From: Bacteroidetes bacterium GWA2_31_9
GTDB taxonomy: Bacteria > Bacteroidota > Bacteroidia > Bacteroidales > GWF2-33-38
Direction: 5' to 3'
Assembly (NCBI GenBank): GCA_001768975.1
Contig: MEND01000029.1
Location: forward strand, 1-47,307
Length of the DNA: 47,307 nucleotides
Positions 28,296-37,466 of this stretch are shown here, piece by piece (positions within the stretch are counted from its first letter, which is position 1; each line of letters opens with the position of its first letter). Below the pieces are notes generated by a model. That model saw nothing but the letters and a program-made list of their open reading frames with translations, did no database searches and was not told the origin of the DNA. The position numbers were made by a program, and so were the translations under genes.

Positions 28296-29486
28296 TTACG
28301 AAATTTCAAAACCAAATATTAAAATATCATCAGTTTGATAATTGCTTCCTTGCCACTCTTTTAAATACTCAAGTAAATCATTTTTAATAGAATTAAATGG
28401 TTTATCAATGTATGATGAAAGATGATTTTCAAATCCCTTTTTTGTAATTCGTTTTTTGTCAGCATTATTAAACTGGTCGAGTATTCCATCTGTGAACATA
28501 AAAAATCTGTCGCCTGATTTAAATTTGACAACTTGTGTTTTAAATATGGATTTTTTATTTTCAATTTTGTCATCTCCAATAGTAAATTTATCAGGCAAAA
28601 GTTTTTTGAAACTATTGTTAGTAATGTAACAAACAGGGCTATTTGCACCAGCATACTCAACTGTTTTAGTTTTAGTGTCAATTACACACATCGCTATATC
28701 CATGCCCTCATTAATTTTAGATAACCCTTGTTTAAAAATATTACGAACTCTATTGTTTAAGTTATTTAAAATTTCTGAAGGATTATATATTTTTTCAATA
28801 TTGATTATCTCATTTAGAAGATTATGTCCCGACATTGAAATTAAAGCTCCAGGTACTCCATGTCCAGTACAATCGGCAACAACAAGAAATAGTTTTTCAT
28901 TACAATATTTTACCCAATAAAAGTCTCCACTTACAATATCTTTTGGCATATAAATTACAAAATGCTGAATACCTTTTTCTTGCAAAATATTCAAATCGGG
29001 CAGCATTTCTTCCTGAATTATTTTAGCATAATTAATACTGTCTTTAATTTGGTCGTATGCATCACTTAATTTTTTATTCAATGCTTCAACATTCTCTTTC
29101 GCTTTTTTCAATTCGATATGAGTAGCTACACGAGCAATAAGTTCTGCACTATTAAAAGGTTTGGTTATGTAATCAACTGCTCCAAGTTCAAATCCATGTA
29201 CAATAGTTTCTGTTTCAGCTTCAGCAGTTAAAAATATTATAGGAATATCTTTTGTTTTAGAACTTGATTTCAATATTTTACAAACCTCAAAACCATCCAT
29301 TTCAGGCATTTGAATATCGAGTAATATTAAATCCGGAATTGTATTTTTTACATATCTAAGAGTTTCCATTCCAGAAGTAGCTATAGAAACGCTGTAACCT
29401 TTTTCATATAAAATATTTCCAAGTACCTGAATATTTTGCAAGGTATCGTCAACAATAAGAATTAATGTTTTTTTGATTGATTGCAT
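28296..29486 (-). CDS. Response regulator with PP2C/SpoIIE-type serine phosphatase output (RsbU-like)
   Basis: REC has IVDDT, PDLILLDIQMPEMDG and ITKP. The PP2C motifs are SGDFYW, VADCTGHGVPGAL, FTDGILDQ and QTDDILIFGFEI. Confidence 0.9.
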   Translation of the reverse strand: MQSIKKTLILIVDDTLQNIQVLGNILYEKGYSVSIATSGMETLRYVKNTIPDLILLDIQMPEMDGFEVCKILKSSSKTKDIPIIFLTAEAETETIVHGFELGAVDYITKPFNSAELIARVATHIELKKAKENVEALNKKLSDAYDQIKDSINYAKIIQEEMLPDLNILQEKGIQHFVIYMPKDIVSGDFYWVKYCNEKLFLVVADCTGHGVPGALISMSGHNLLNEIINIEKIYNPSEILNNLNNRVRNIFKQGLSKINEGMDIAMCVIDTKTKTVEYAGANSPVCYITNNSFKKLLPDKFTIGDDKIENKKSIFKTQVVKFKSGDRFFMFTDGILDQFNNADKKRITKKGFENHLSSYIDKPFNSIKNDLLEYLKEWQGSNYQTDDILIFGFEIS

Positions 29487-29593
29487 TTAAAATTCGGGAG
29501 TTATTTGTGGTTATTTTTTAGAATAATACAAAGATGTGAATTATAAACGAATAATTACAATTAATTTCAACTAACCCAAATGTCAAACATGTT

Positions 29594-29675
29594 TAATTTG
29601 TGATTTAATTGGCTATTCGACATTTTTAGTTGAAACCTTATTAATTTGTTTATTCGACATTTTTAGTAAAAACCT
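29594..29675. repeat. Imperfect tandem duplication (units of about 44 and 38 bp) containing TATTCGACATTTTTAGT; a third, inverted copy lies at 29880-29897
   Basis: ttaatttgtgatttaattggctattcgacatttttagttgaaacc is followed by ttattaatttgtttattcgacatttttagtaaaaacc. The reverse complement of actaattttgtcgaata resembles the core. Confidence 0.6.
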
Positions 29676-29969
29676 AACTAGTGTCAATAAGAAAACTCTG
29701 TTAAAAAAAATGCAAGTCCCAAGTCCCAAAATTCTTAAATCCTGTAATTCCTGTAATTCCCGAAAAATCGGGATAACTTGTACCGATTTATCGGTAAACT
29801 CTGTCTAAAAAAATCCTAAATCCTAATAATTCTGTCAAAAAAAAAGATTTGATTTTTAATCCTAATTTTAAAGTCTTTCACTAATTTTGTCGAATATCCG
29901 CTTAAATTTTAATTGAATAAATTTGATTAATCTTAAATTTACAAATTTGTATTCAAAATTCAATAAGAA

Positions 29970-31181
29970 ATGATAATTCCAAAAGTATCTACAATTCAAT
30001 ATAATTATAACCTACATGATGATAAAATTGCAAAATTTCCGTTAGAAAAGCGAGATAATTCAAAACTCCTTATTTACTACGATAAAAATATTCAAGAAGA
30101 CAATTTTTTTAATATTGATAAATACTTACCATCTGATAGTCAGTTAATTTTAAACAATACTAAAGTTATACAAGCCAGAATTATTTTTCAAAGAACTACA
30201 GGTGCAAAAATTGAAATATTTTGTCTCGAACCTCATTCACCAAAAGAATATTACTCATCATTTTCATCTACAGAAAGTTGCACATGGAATTGTATGGTTG
30301 GAAATTTAAAAAAATGGAAAGAACCATTTTTAACTAAAGAATTAATAATTAAGAATGAAAGAATTAAGTTAACTGCAACTTTAGTTGAATTGCAAAGCGG
30401 ACATGTTATTGTAAAATTTTCGTGGAATAATGCTAAATATTGCTTTTCGCAGATTCTTGAAAATTGTGGAATTATTCCAATTCCACCATATTTATCACGT
30501 AACAGCACCGAAAAAGACAAAGAAACTTACCAGACGGTTTATTCAAAACACAATGGTTCGGTTGCTGCACCTACTGCGGGGCTACATTTTACCGAAAATG
30601 TTTTCAAAAAACTAAAAACAAAAAATATTTCAATTAATGAGCTAACACTTCATGTTGGAGCGGGCACTTTCAAACCAATGACTTCTGAAACCGTTGCAAA
30701 CCATGAAATGCACAGCGAATATTTTTCAGTTTCATTAGAATTTCTTCAAGCTTTATATCTGAACCATAATGATTTAATTGTTTCGGGTACAACTTCAACC
30801 CGATGTATCGAAACACTTTACTGGATGGCTTTGAAATTACACAAAAACATGCCCGATTTTAATATTATCGAACAATGGGATGCATATAATTTAAGTCCAG
30901 ACTTAACAGCAAAAAATGCCATTGAAACTTTAATCAATTACTTGATAAAAAACAAATTAAACAAATTAGATGGTTATACAAAAATTATGATTGTTCCGGG
31001 TTACAACTTTAAATTTGTAAAATATTTAATAACCAATTTCCACCAACCCAATAGTACATTATTATTATTGGTTTCGGCATTTATTGGCGAAGATTGGACG
31101 AAAGTTTATGATTATGCTTTAAATAACAATTTCAGGTTTTTAAGTTATGGTGATAGTTCGGTTTTGAAACTGAAATACTAA
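29970..31181 (+). CDS. queA: S-adenosylmethionine:tRNA ribosyltransferase-isomerase
   Basis: Contains KFPLEKRDNSKLL, GAGTFKP, HSEYF, GTTSTRCIE and NFHQPNSTLLLLVSAF, the QueA signature blocks. It is somewhat longer (403 aa) than enterobacterial QueA. Confidence 0.85.
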   Translation: MIIPKVSTIQYNYNLHDDKIAKFPLEKRDNSKLLIYYDKNIQEDNFFNIDKYLPSDSQLILNNTKVIQARIIFQRTTGAKIEIFCLEPHSPKEYYSSFSSTESCTWNCMVGNLKKWKEPFLTKELIIKNERIKLTATLVELQSGHVIVKFSWNNAKYCFSQILENCGIIPIPPYLSRNSTEKDKETYQTVYSKHNGSVAAPTAGLHFTENVFKKLKTKNISINELTLHVGAGTFKPMTSETVANHEMHSEYFSVSLEFLQALYLNHNDLIVSGTTSTRCIETLYWMALKLHKNMPDFNIIEQWDAYNLSPDLTAKNAIETLINYLIKNKLNKLDGYTKIMIVPGYNFKFVKYLITNFHQPNSTLLLLVSAFIGEDWTKVYDYALNNNFRFLSYGDSSVLKLKY

Positions 31182-31295
31182 CTGTGACACGGTTTAAAAC
31201 AGTGCCACAGTTCCACTATTAAACTGGACATAAAACACAAATATGTTCATTTTTTACATAAAAAATGAACACATAATTTGTGTTTGAATAAAAAT

Positions 31296-31318
31296 GGACA
31301 TATATTTGCAATATGTCC
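31296..31318 (+). promoter_or_regulatory. Palindrome GGACATAT-N7-ATATGTCC enclosing a TATATTTG -7 box (31301-31308); candidate operator/promoter of the Fic gene
   Basis: 8-bp perfect inverted arms. The left arm and loop together contain an exact TAnnTTTG match, 47 nt upstream of the ATG at 31355. An additional 11-bp perfect hairpin (gttcatttttt/aaaaaatgaac) lies at 31245-31270. Confidence 0.45.
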
Positions 31319-31354
31319 AAAAAACACAAAATAATGAACATATAATTTATAGAA

Positions 31355-32458
31355 ATGTTTGATAGAAATTTACCATATAACGACCTGCCAAATCTTCCAC
31401 CTTCAGAAGAAATAATTGATAAAGATGTACTTATAAAATGGGGGCTTGCTTCAAGAGCATTGGCTGAATTAAATAAAAACATTTTGCGTATTCCTAATCC
31501 AAGTATGTTAATTAATACGATTTCGCTACAGGAAGCTCAAGCATCAACCGCAATTGAAAATATTTTCACAACCGATGACGAACTGTATAAAGCTGTTTCA
31601 GATTCCATAAAAGAAGAAACTGCAAACCCATCAATAAAGGAAGTTTTACGATATAGAGAAGCTCTTTGGAGTGGATATAATTTATTGAATAACAATCAAA
31701 CATTTGACAAAACGGTTGCAATTAATATTTTTCAAAAGATTAAAAATACCAGCCAAACAATTCGTCCGCCACAATCGCAGGTTGTTATTAGAAGAGGACA
31801 AAGCGATTTAAAACCTGGCGAAATTATTTACACACCACCAAGAGGTGTAGATATTGTAGATCAAAAACTTGCGAATATGTTTGAGTTTTTGAATTCAACA
31901 GAAAATTCTTTTGATCCCTTGATAAAAATGGCAATTGCACATTATCAGTTTGAAGCTATTCACCCATTTACAGACGGCAACGGACGCACAGGAAGAATTA
32001 TTAATTTACTGTATCTTGTCAATACAAATTTATTATCCCACCCTGTGCTTTATTTAAGCAAATATATAATTGAACATAAAGACGATTATTACTATTTATT
32101 GGCTGGCATTACACAACGACAGGACTGGAAGCCATGGCTAATTTATATGCTAACTGCTGTTGAAAGCACATCAAAATACTCCAATCAAAAAATCGACGAA
32201 ATACTTTTACAAATGGATGCTACATACAGTTATATTCATCCAAAACTTAAATGGTATTCATTAGAATTAAATCTTGCACTTTTTTCACAACCATATATTA
32301 AGCAAAAAACAATAGGAGAAATAACTGGTTCCAGAAGCCGTACTACATTAACAAAATATTTGCAAAAGCTGGTCGAACTTGGCGTACTTTCAGTTAATAC
32401 AGATGGCAGAGAAGTCTTCTATCTTAATAATGATTTAATTAGAATTTTGCAAGCATAA
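31355..32458 (+). CDS. Fic family protein (AMPylase-type, class II with N-terminal inhibitory helix, C-terminal winged-helix)
   Basis: The Fic active-site motif is HPFTDGNGRTGR. The N-terminal ASTAIEN fits the (S/T)xxxE(G/N) auto-inhibition motif. The C-terminal LTKYLQKLVELGVL...GREVFY is wHTH-like. Confidence 0.85.
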   Translation: MFDRNLPYNDLPNLPPSEEIIDKDVLIKWGLASRALAELNKNILRIPNPSMLINTISLQEAQASTAIENIFTTDDELYKAVSDSIKEETANPSIKEVLRYREALWSGYNLLNNNQTFDKTVAINIFQKIKNTSQTIRPPQSQVVIRRGQSDLKPGEIIYTPPRGVDIVDQKLANMFEFLNSTENSFDPLIKMAIAHYQFEAIHPFTDGNGRTGRIINLLYLVNTNLLSHPVLYLSKYIIEHKDDYYYLLAGITQRQDWKPWLIYMLTAVESTSKYSNQKIDEILLQMDATYSYIHPKLKWYSLELNLALFSQPYIKQKTIGEITGSRSRTTLTKYLQKLVELGVLSVNTDGREVFYLNNDLIRILQA

Positions 32459-32529
32459 AACAAATTATACTGGATGAAAATTAATAATAGCGATTTGCAT
32501 GACATATCAGTTTTTTTTGACAATACAAA

Positions 32530-34320
32530 ATGAATAATAAATCCAAATTTCTCCCCACAACTGCCAAAGAAGCCAAAGAACTTGGCTGGAACGAAGTTGA
32601 TGTCGTTCTGTTTTCGGGAGATGCATATATTGACCATCCGTCGTTTGGAGTTGCTGTAATTGCCCGAATCTTAGAACATGATGGATATAAAGTTGCAGTT
32701 GTTCCACAACCAAACTGGCAAGACGATTTACGTGATTTTAAAAAATTTGGAACTCCTCGCTTATTTTTCGGTGTAACAGCCGGAAATATGGATTCAATGA
32801 TTAATCATTATACTGCAAATATCCGACTTCGCTCAGACGATGCTTACACACCGGGAGGAAAATCCAGTTTCAGACCCGATTACCCTACAATTGTTTATTC
32901 AAAAATACTTAAAAAATTGTATCCCGATGTTCCGATAATTATTGGCGGAATTGAAGCATCAATGCGTCGATATACACATTACGATTACTGGCAAAACAAA
33001 CTCAAAAACAGCATTTTAATTGATAGCGAAGCCGATTTATTGCTCTACGGAATGAGCGAAAAAAGTATTTCGGAAGTTGCACTAAAATTGAATAATGGCA
33101 TTTCAATTCAAGAAATTAGAGATATTCCACAAACTGCATTTAAAATCAACAAATCGCAAATAGCTGATAATAAAGATTCCATAATTTTAAACTCACATCA
33201 AGAATGTGTAAAAAGTAAAATAAAATATGCCGAAAATTTCAAATTAGTTGAAACAGAATCTAATAAAATTATTGCAAAAAAAATAGTTCAGATTAATGGA
33301 GATATTGCAATAGTAGTGAATCCGCCATATTTTAATTTAACTCAATCAGAGATTGATACTCCATACGATTTGCCTTACACCAGACTTCCTCATCCCAAAT
33401 ACAAAAATAAAGGTGATATTCCTGCCTATGAAATGATTAAACATTCCGTAAATATCCATCGTGGTTGCTTTGGTGGGTGCAGTTTCTGTACAATTTCGAT
33501 GCATCAGGGAAAGTTTATTCAGAGTAGGTCAGAGCAATCAATTCTAAACGAAATTAAAGAAATAACAAAGCTATCTGATTTTAAAGGATATTTATCTGAT
33601 GTTGGCGGACCATCGGCAAATATGTACAAAATGCAAGGCTTTAATTTACAGATTTGTAACAAATGTACTCGCCCATCTTGCATATTTCCTGATTTATGCA
33701 AAAACCTTAATACCGACCACAGCAAATTAATTGAACTTTATCGAAAAATCCGCAAAATACCAGAAATCAAAAAAGCCTTTGTTGGAAGCGGAATACGTTA
33801 CGATATGTTTGTAAATAACGATAAATGCAAATATTTTGAAGAGCTTGTAACGCATCATGTTTCAGGCAGATTAAAGGTTGCACCTGAACATTCCAGCGAA
33901 AAGATTTTAAAGCTAATGCGAAAATCGCCATTTGCAGATTTCGTAAAACTTAAACGAAGGTTTGAAGAAATTAATAAAGTCAAAAACTTAAAACAACAAC
34001 TAATTCCATATTTTATTTCGAGCCATCCCGAATCGAAAAACGAGGATATGGCAGAACTTGCAGTCAAAACTAAAGAACTCGGCTATCGCCTTGAGCAAGT
34101 ACAAGACTTCACTCCCACTCCAATGACCTTGTCAACAGTAATTTTCTATACAGGAATAAATCCTTACACTGGAAAAGAAGTTTATAGTGCAAAATCAATT
34201 GAAGAAAAAAAGAAACAACAAAAATTTTTCTTTTGGTATAAAAAGGAATTGCGAAATGAAATTATTTCTGAATTGAAAAAGATTGGAAAAGCTGATATTA
34301 TATCTAAATTGTTCAAATAA
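32530..34320 (+). CDS. ygiQ: YgiQ-family radical SAM protein (UPF0313)
   Basis: The N-terminus FLPTT..E...LGW...DV.L.SGDAYIDHPSFG.A.I.R.LE is characteristic of YgiQ. The radical SAM cluster motif is CFGGCSFC. Confidence 0.85.
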   Translation: MNNKSKFLPTTAKEAKELGWNEVDVVLFSGDAYIDHPSFGVAVIARILEHDGYKVAVVPQPNWQDDLRDFKKFGTPRLFFGVTAGNMDSMINHYTANIRLRSDDAYTPGGKSSFRPDYPTIVYSKILKKLYPDVPIIIGGIEASMRRYTHYDYWQNKLKNSILIDSEADLLLYGMSEKSISEVALKLNNGISIQEIRDIPQTAFKINKSQIADNKDSIILNSHQECVKSKIKYAENFKLVETESNKIIAKKIVQINGDIAIVVNPPYFNLTQSEIDTPYDLPYTRLPHPKYKNKGDIPAYEMIKHSVNIHRGCFGGCSFCTISMHQGKFIQSRSEQSILNEIKEITKLSDFKGYLSDVGGPSANMYKMQGFNLQICNKCTRPSCIFPDLCKNLNTDHSKLIELYRKIRKIPEIKKAFVGSGIRYDMFVNNDKCKYFEELVTHHVSGRLKVAPEHSSEKILKLMRKSPFADFVKLKRRFEEINKVKNLKQQLIPYFISSHPESKNEDMAELAVKTKELGYRLEQVQDFTPTPMTLSTVIFYTGINPYTGKEVYSAKSIEEKKKQQKFFFWYKKELRNEIISELKKIGKADIISKLFK

Positions 34321-34329
34321 TGATAAATT

Positions 34330-34499
34330 GCAACTACTCAGCAGTTTTAAAATATTAAAAAACAAATATTTATGCCACAGATTACACGGATTAATACAGA
34401 AAATGAACTTAATTTATTATTTATTTTCACAGAAAAAACCGCCTTTGGCGGTTTAAAATCTGTGATAATCTGTGGCAAAATAAACTGCTGAGTAGTTAC
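34330..34499. mobile_element. MITE-like non-autonomous element (170 bp), family member A, with 8-bp target-site duplication GATAAATT
   Basis: The TIR is gcaactactcagcagttt (34330-34347) versus the reverse complement of 34482-34499 (gtaactactcagcagttt), a 17/18 match. The identical 8-mer gataaatt abuts both ends (34322-34329 and 34500-34507). It carries a subterminal inverted repeat gccacagatt.aca.gatt / aatctgtga.aatctgtggc and a central hairpin aaccgcc-tt-tggcggtt. Confidence 0.75.
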
Positions 34500-34521
34500 G
34501 ATAAATTTATAAGTTTGCTGA

Positions 34522-36291
34522 GTGAAAAAGTATAATCTAAAAAATAGCATTAGCTCAAGGTTATTTAAAGGTGTTTTTGTTATTATTATTGTAAACATTT
34601 TAATAGTAACAGCAAGCCTCGTAATAAATTATATTCTAAAAAACAGGTCAGATAAAATAGTTATAGAATATCACGAACTAGATGCTGTGCACGAACTAAA
34701 ACATAGTCTTAATTTATTTAAAATTTCTATTTTAGAATCTGAAAGCCCAACTAAATCAGAGATGGTTACTTATTTAAACAATATAAACAATAATATAACT
34801 GCCTGTAATTTAATCATAACAAATAATCATAATAAAAATATATTGTCAGATTTTATAATTGACATTAATAAACTGTCTGAAAATATCAGTAATAATATTA
34901 TTGATACCTTAAACAATGAAAAATATCTATATTATAAAGATTTATATAATTCAATAATTCACAATGCCGAAGTTCACCTTGATACGATAATTGAAGAAAC
35001 AAAAGAAGAAATTAACCAGCATGTTGATTTTTTTAGCAAATCATACATTAGAAGTAATATAACTGTTATTTTATTAGCTACGTTATTAATTTTTGCTTCG
35101 TATATATGGGGCTTGGGCTTTATAAGAAAAATATTTACCGAAATAAAAATACTTTTAATTGGAACTGAAAAATATATTGAGGGCGAACACACAATAAGAA
35201 TTGAAACTAAATACGATGATGAATTAAATGTATTAGCCAAATCGTTCAATAAAATGATTGAAACAATAAATACAACTACAATTTCGAGAGATTACTTCGA
35301 CAACATTTTTCAAAGTATATTTGATTTTATTATTGTAACCGACAAAAACTTTAATATCTTATCAATTAACGCTGCCGTAAAAAATAATTTATCTTATAAT
35401 TTAGAAGAATTGTCTGAGAAAAATATAAATTTATTGTTTGAAAAAGAATTAAATATTACAATAAAAGCTCAAAATATTGTTTACAATTCAGAACAAACTC
35501 TTATTTCAAAAAATAAAAATAAAATACCCGTAATAATATCAATATCAGCCATAAAAACGAATGATACAACAACAGGTTATGTTGTAATTGCACATGACAT
35601 TTCCGAAAAACTTGATAATGAAAACAAGCTAAATAATATCAGACGTGAAAATTTAATTGCGTTAAACGAGGCTCAAGAAGAAGAACGACTTCGCATTGCT
35701 AAAGAAATACACGATGGACTTGGGCAAATTTTAACAGCTATTCATTATACAATTGAAAATAAATTTAAAGAAAAATACCAAAACGATATTGAATATAAGG
35801 AAAATATATACAATCTTCAAACCCAAATCGACAATGCTATTGTAGAATCAAAAAACATAGCACACGATTTAATCCCTATTTTGTTAAAAGATTTTGGATT
35901 ATCGGTTGCTGTTAAAAATCTGATAGAATACAATTATAAAAATTGCGGTATTAAAATTAATTTCGCTACATTTTATTACGAAAAAAGAGTTGATGAAAAA
36001 ATAGAAAAAGCACTATACCGAATTATACAGGAAGCACTTAGTAATATTATAAAACATTCAAAAGCCCAAAATGCAAACATTCAAATTATTAAATTAGACG
36101 ATTTGATATCATTAACCATTGATGACGATGGTATCGGTTTTAATCCCGAAACCATTTCTAATGAAACCAAATATAGAGGAATTGGCTTATTTAGTATGAA
36201 AGAAAGAGTATATGCTTTTAATGGAGTATTTCAACTAAATAGTGATAAAAATAAAGGAACTGAAATTTTAATAGATATACCAATTAAATAA
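34522..36291 (+). CDS. Sensor histidine kinase, NarX/DegS type (periplasmic helical sensor, HAMP, PAS, HisKA_3, HATPase_c)
   Basis: GTG start. TM helices lie at about aa 17-38 and 186-206. HAMP is DDELNVLAKSFNKM. A PAS module follows. The H-box EEERLRIAKEIHDGLGQ is the HisKA_3 type. ATPase boxes are QEALSNIIKHS, DDDGIGF and GIGLFSMKER. Confidence 0.85.
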   Translation: MKKYNLKNSISSRLFKGVFVIIIVNILIVTASLVINYILKNRSDKIVIEYHELDAVHELKHSLNLFKISILESESPTKSEMVTYLNNINNNITACNLIITNNHNKNILSDFIIDINKLSENISNNIIDTLNNEKYLYYKDLYNSIIHNAEVHLDTIIEETKEEINQHVDFFSKSYIRSNITVILLATLLIFASYIWGLGFIRKIFTEIKILLIGTEKYIEGEHTIRIETKYDDELNVLAKSFNKMIETINTTTISRDYFDNIFQSIFDFIIVTDKNFNILSINAAVKNNLSYNLEELSEKNINLLFEKELNITIKAQNIVYNSEQTLISKNKNKIPVIISISAIKTNDTTTGYVVIAHDISEKLDNENKLNNIRRENLIALNEAQEEERLRIAKEIHDGLGQILTAIHYTIENKFKEKYQNDIEYKENIYNLQTQIDNAIVESKNIAHDLIPILLKDFGLSVAVKNLIEYNYKNCGIKINFATFYYEKRVDEKIEKALYRIIQEALSNIIKHSKAQNANIQIIKLDDLISLTIDDDGIGFNPETISNETKYRGIGLFSMKERVYAFNGVFQLNSDKNKGTEILIDIPIK

Positions 36292-36951
36292 ATGCAAAAA
36301 ATCAAAATTCTATTAGCCGACGACCATTTTATAATAACAGATGGTATAATTGCAATGCTATCTCAACACAAAGAATATGTGATTGTAGGAGAAGCTCGTG
36401 ATGGTGAGGAAACTTTAACGAAAGTAAAAGAATTAGCACCCGATATTTTAATAGTGGATATTTCAATGCCAAAAATAAATGGAATTGATGTAGTAAAAAA
36501 AATAAGAGAAAAGGACTCTACAATTAAAATACTTGCACTTACTCAACACGATAAAAGCGAATATATTATGCAAATGCTTAAAGCCGGAGCCGATGGATAT
36601 TTGCTAAAAAATTCAAATAAAGACGAATTAATTACTGCCTTAAAAGCTATTTCAGAAGGAAATAAATATTTTGGAAAAAAAATCTCCGATATTATTTTAA
36701 ACAATTATGTATCACAGTCTGATTTTAAGGATGAAAAGTCGGATAAAACAGAGATTCTTTTAACAAAAAGGGAAATTGAAATTATTAAACTCATAGTTAA
36801 AGATAAAAGTAATCAGGAAATTGCCGATAATTTGAATATAAGCCTCCGAACTGTCGAAACACATCGCAGAAATATTATGCAAAAACTTAATGTCAAAACT
36901 GTTGTAGCTCTTGTCAGATATGCTTTGAATAATAATATTACATCTCTTTAA
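36292..36951 (+). CDS. NarL/FixJ (LuxR-type HTH) family response regulator
   Basis: REC has LLADDH, PDILIVDISMPKINGI, ALTQH and GYLLK. The C-terminal GerE/LuxR HTH is LTKREIEIIKLIVKDKSNQEIADNLNISLRTVETHRRNIMQKL. The ATG immediately follows the kinase stop. Confidence 0.9.
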   Translation: MQKIKILLADDHFIITDGIIAMLSQHKEYVIVGEARDGEETLTKVKELAPDILIVDISMPKINGIDVVKKIREKDSTIKILALTQHDKSEYIMQMLKAGADGYLLKNSNKDELITALKAISEGNKYFGKKISDIILNNYVSQSDFKDEKSDKTEILLTKREIEIIKLIVKDKSNQEIADNLNISLRTVETHRRNIMQKLNVKTVVALVRYALNNNITSL

Positions 36952-37358
36952 ATAATCAACTATTATTCAGTGTGAGATAATATATACTGAGGGGTTTTCG
37001 ATGCTTTTAAAACAACAGATATTTTAGCATTACATAAGTTTAATAGTATTGTAACGCTTAACACATCTATTAACACACAGCCATATTATCATATAATTTA
37101 ATTCATAATCAGTGTTTTACAGCAGTGTTGTTAAGCATTGAGTTATACAACATAATTAAGCACTTAAACATGTTTTTTAATATAAAAAATTAAGAGTCTT
37201 TCCTTTTTAATAAAATATATTTAAAATTTAACATTTTGCATATTGATTTCAATTCTTACAATCTATGTATCTTGATATTATAAATAATAGTTCATTTAAT
37301 AATTATTTTCTCATTAAAACCTTATTATACTCTTTATTTCAAAAAGATACAATAAAAT

Positions 37359-37390
37359 ACGTACTGTATGGTATCAGACATACCAGCTAC
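37359..37390 (+). promoter_or_regulatory. Operator copy 1: ACGTACTGTATGGTAT-CAGAC-ATACCAGCTAC (TGGTA-N7-TACCA), upstream of the EB_dh-like gene
   Basis: The palindrome centre is at 37377, 43 bp upstream of an exact -7 box TAATTTTG (37420-37427). This is one of five related sites. Confidence 0.6.
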
Positions 37391-37466
37391 ATTGTATTGT
37401 CTTAGGAATTATTGAAAACTAATTTTGACAGATAGATAATTTTTTTATAAACTAATATTTAATAAA

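Noticed and set aside
31219-31482. Minus-strand 87-aa ORF overlapping the Fic promoter and start
   Set aside because: It overlaps the 5' end of the well-supported Fic gene and the palindromic promoter region. It has no recognisable motifs.
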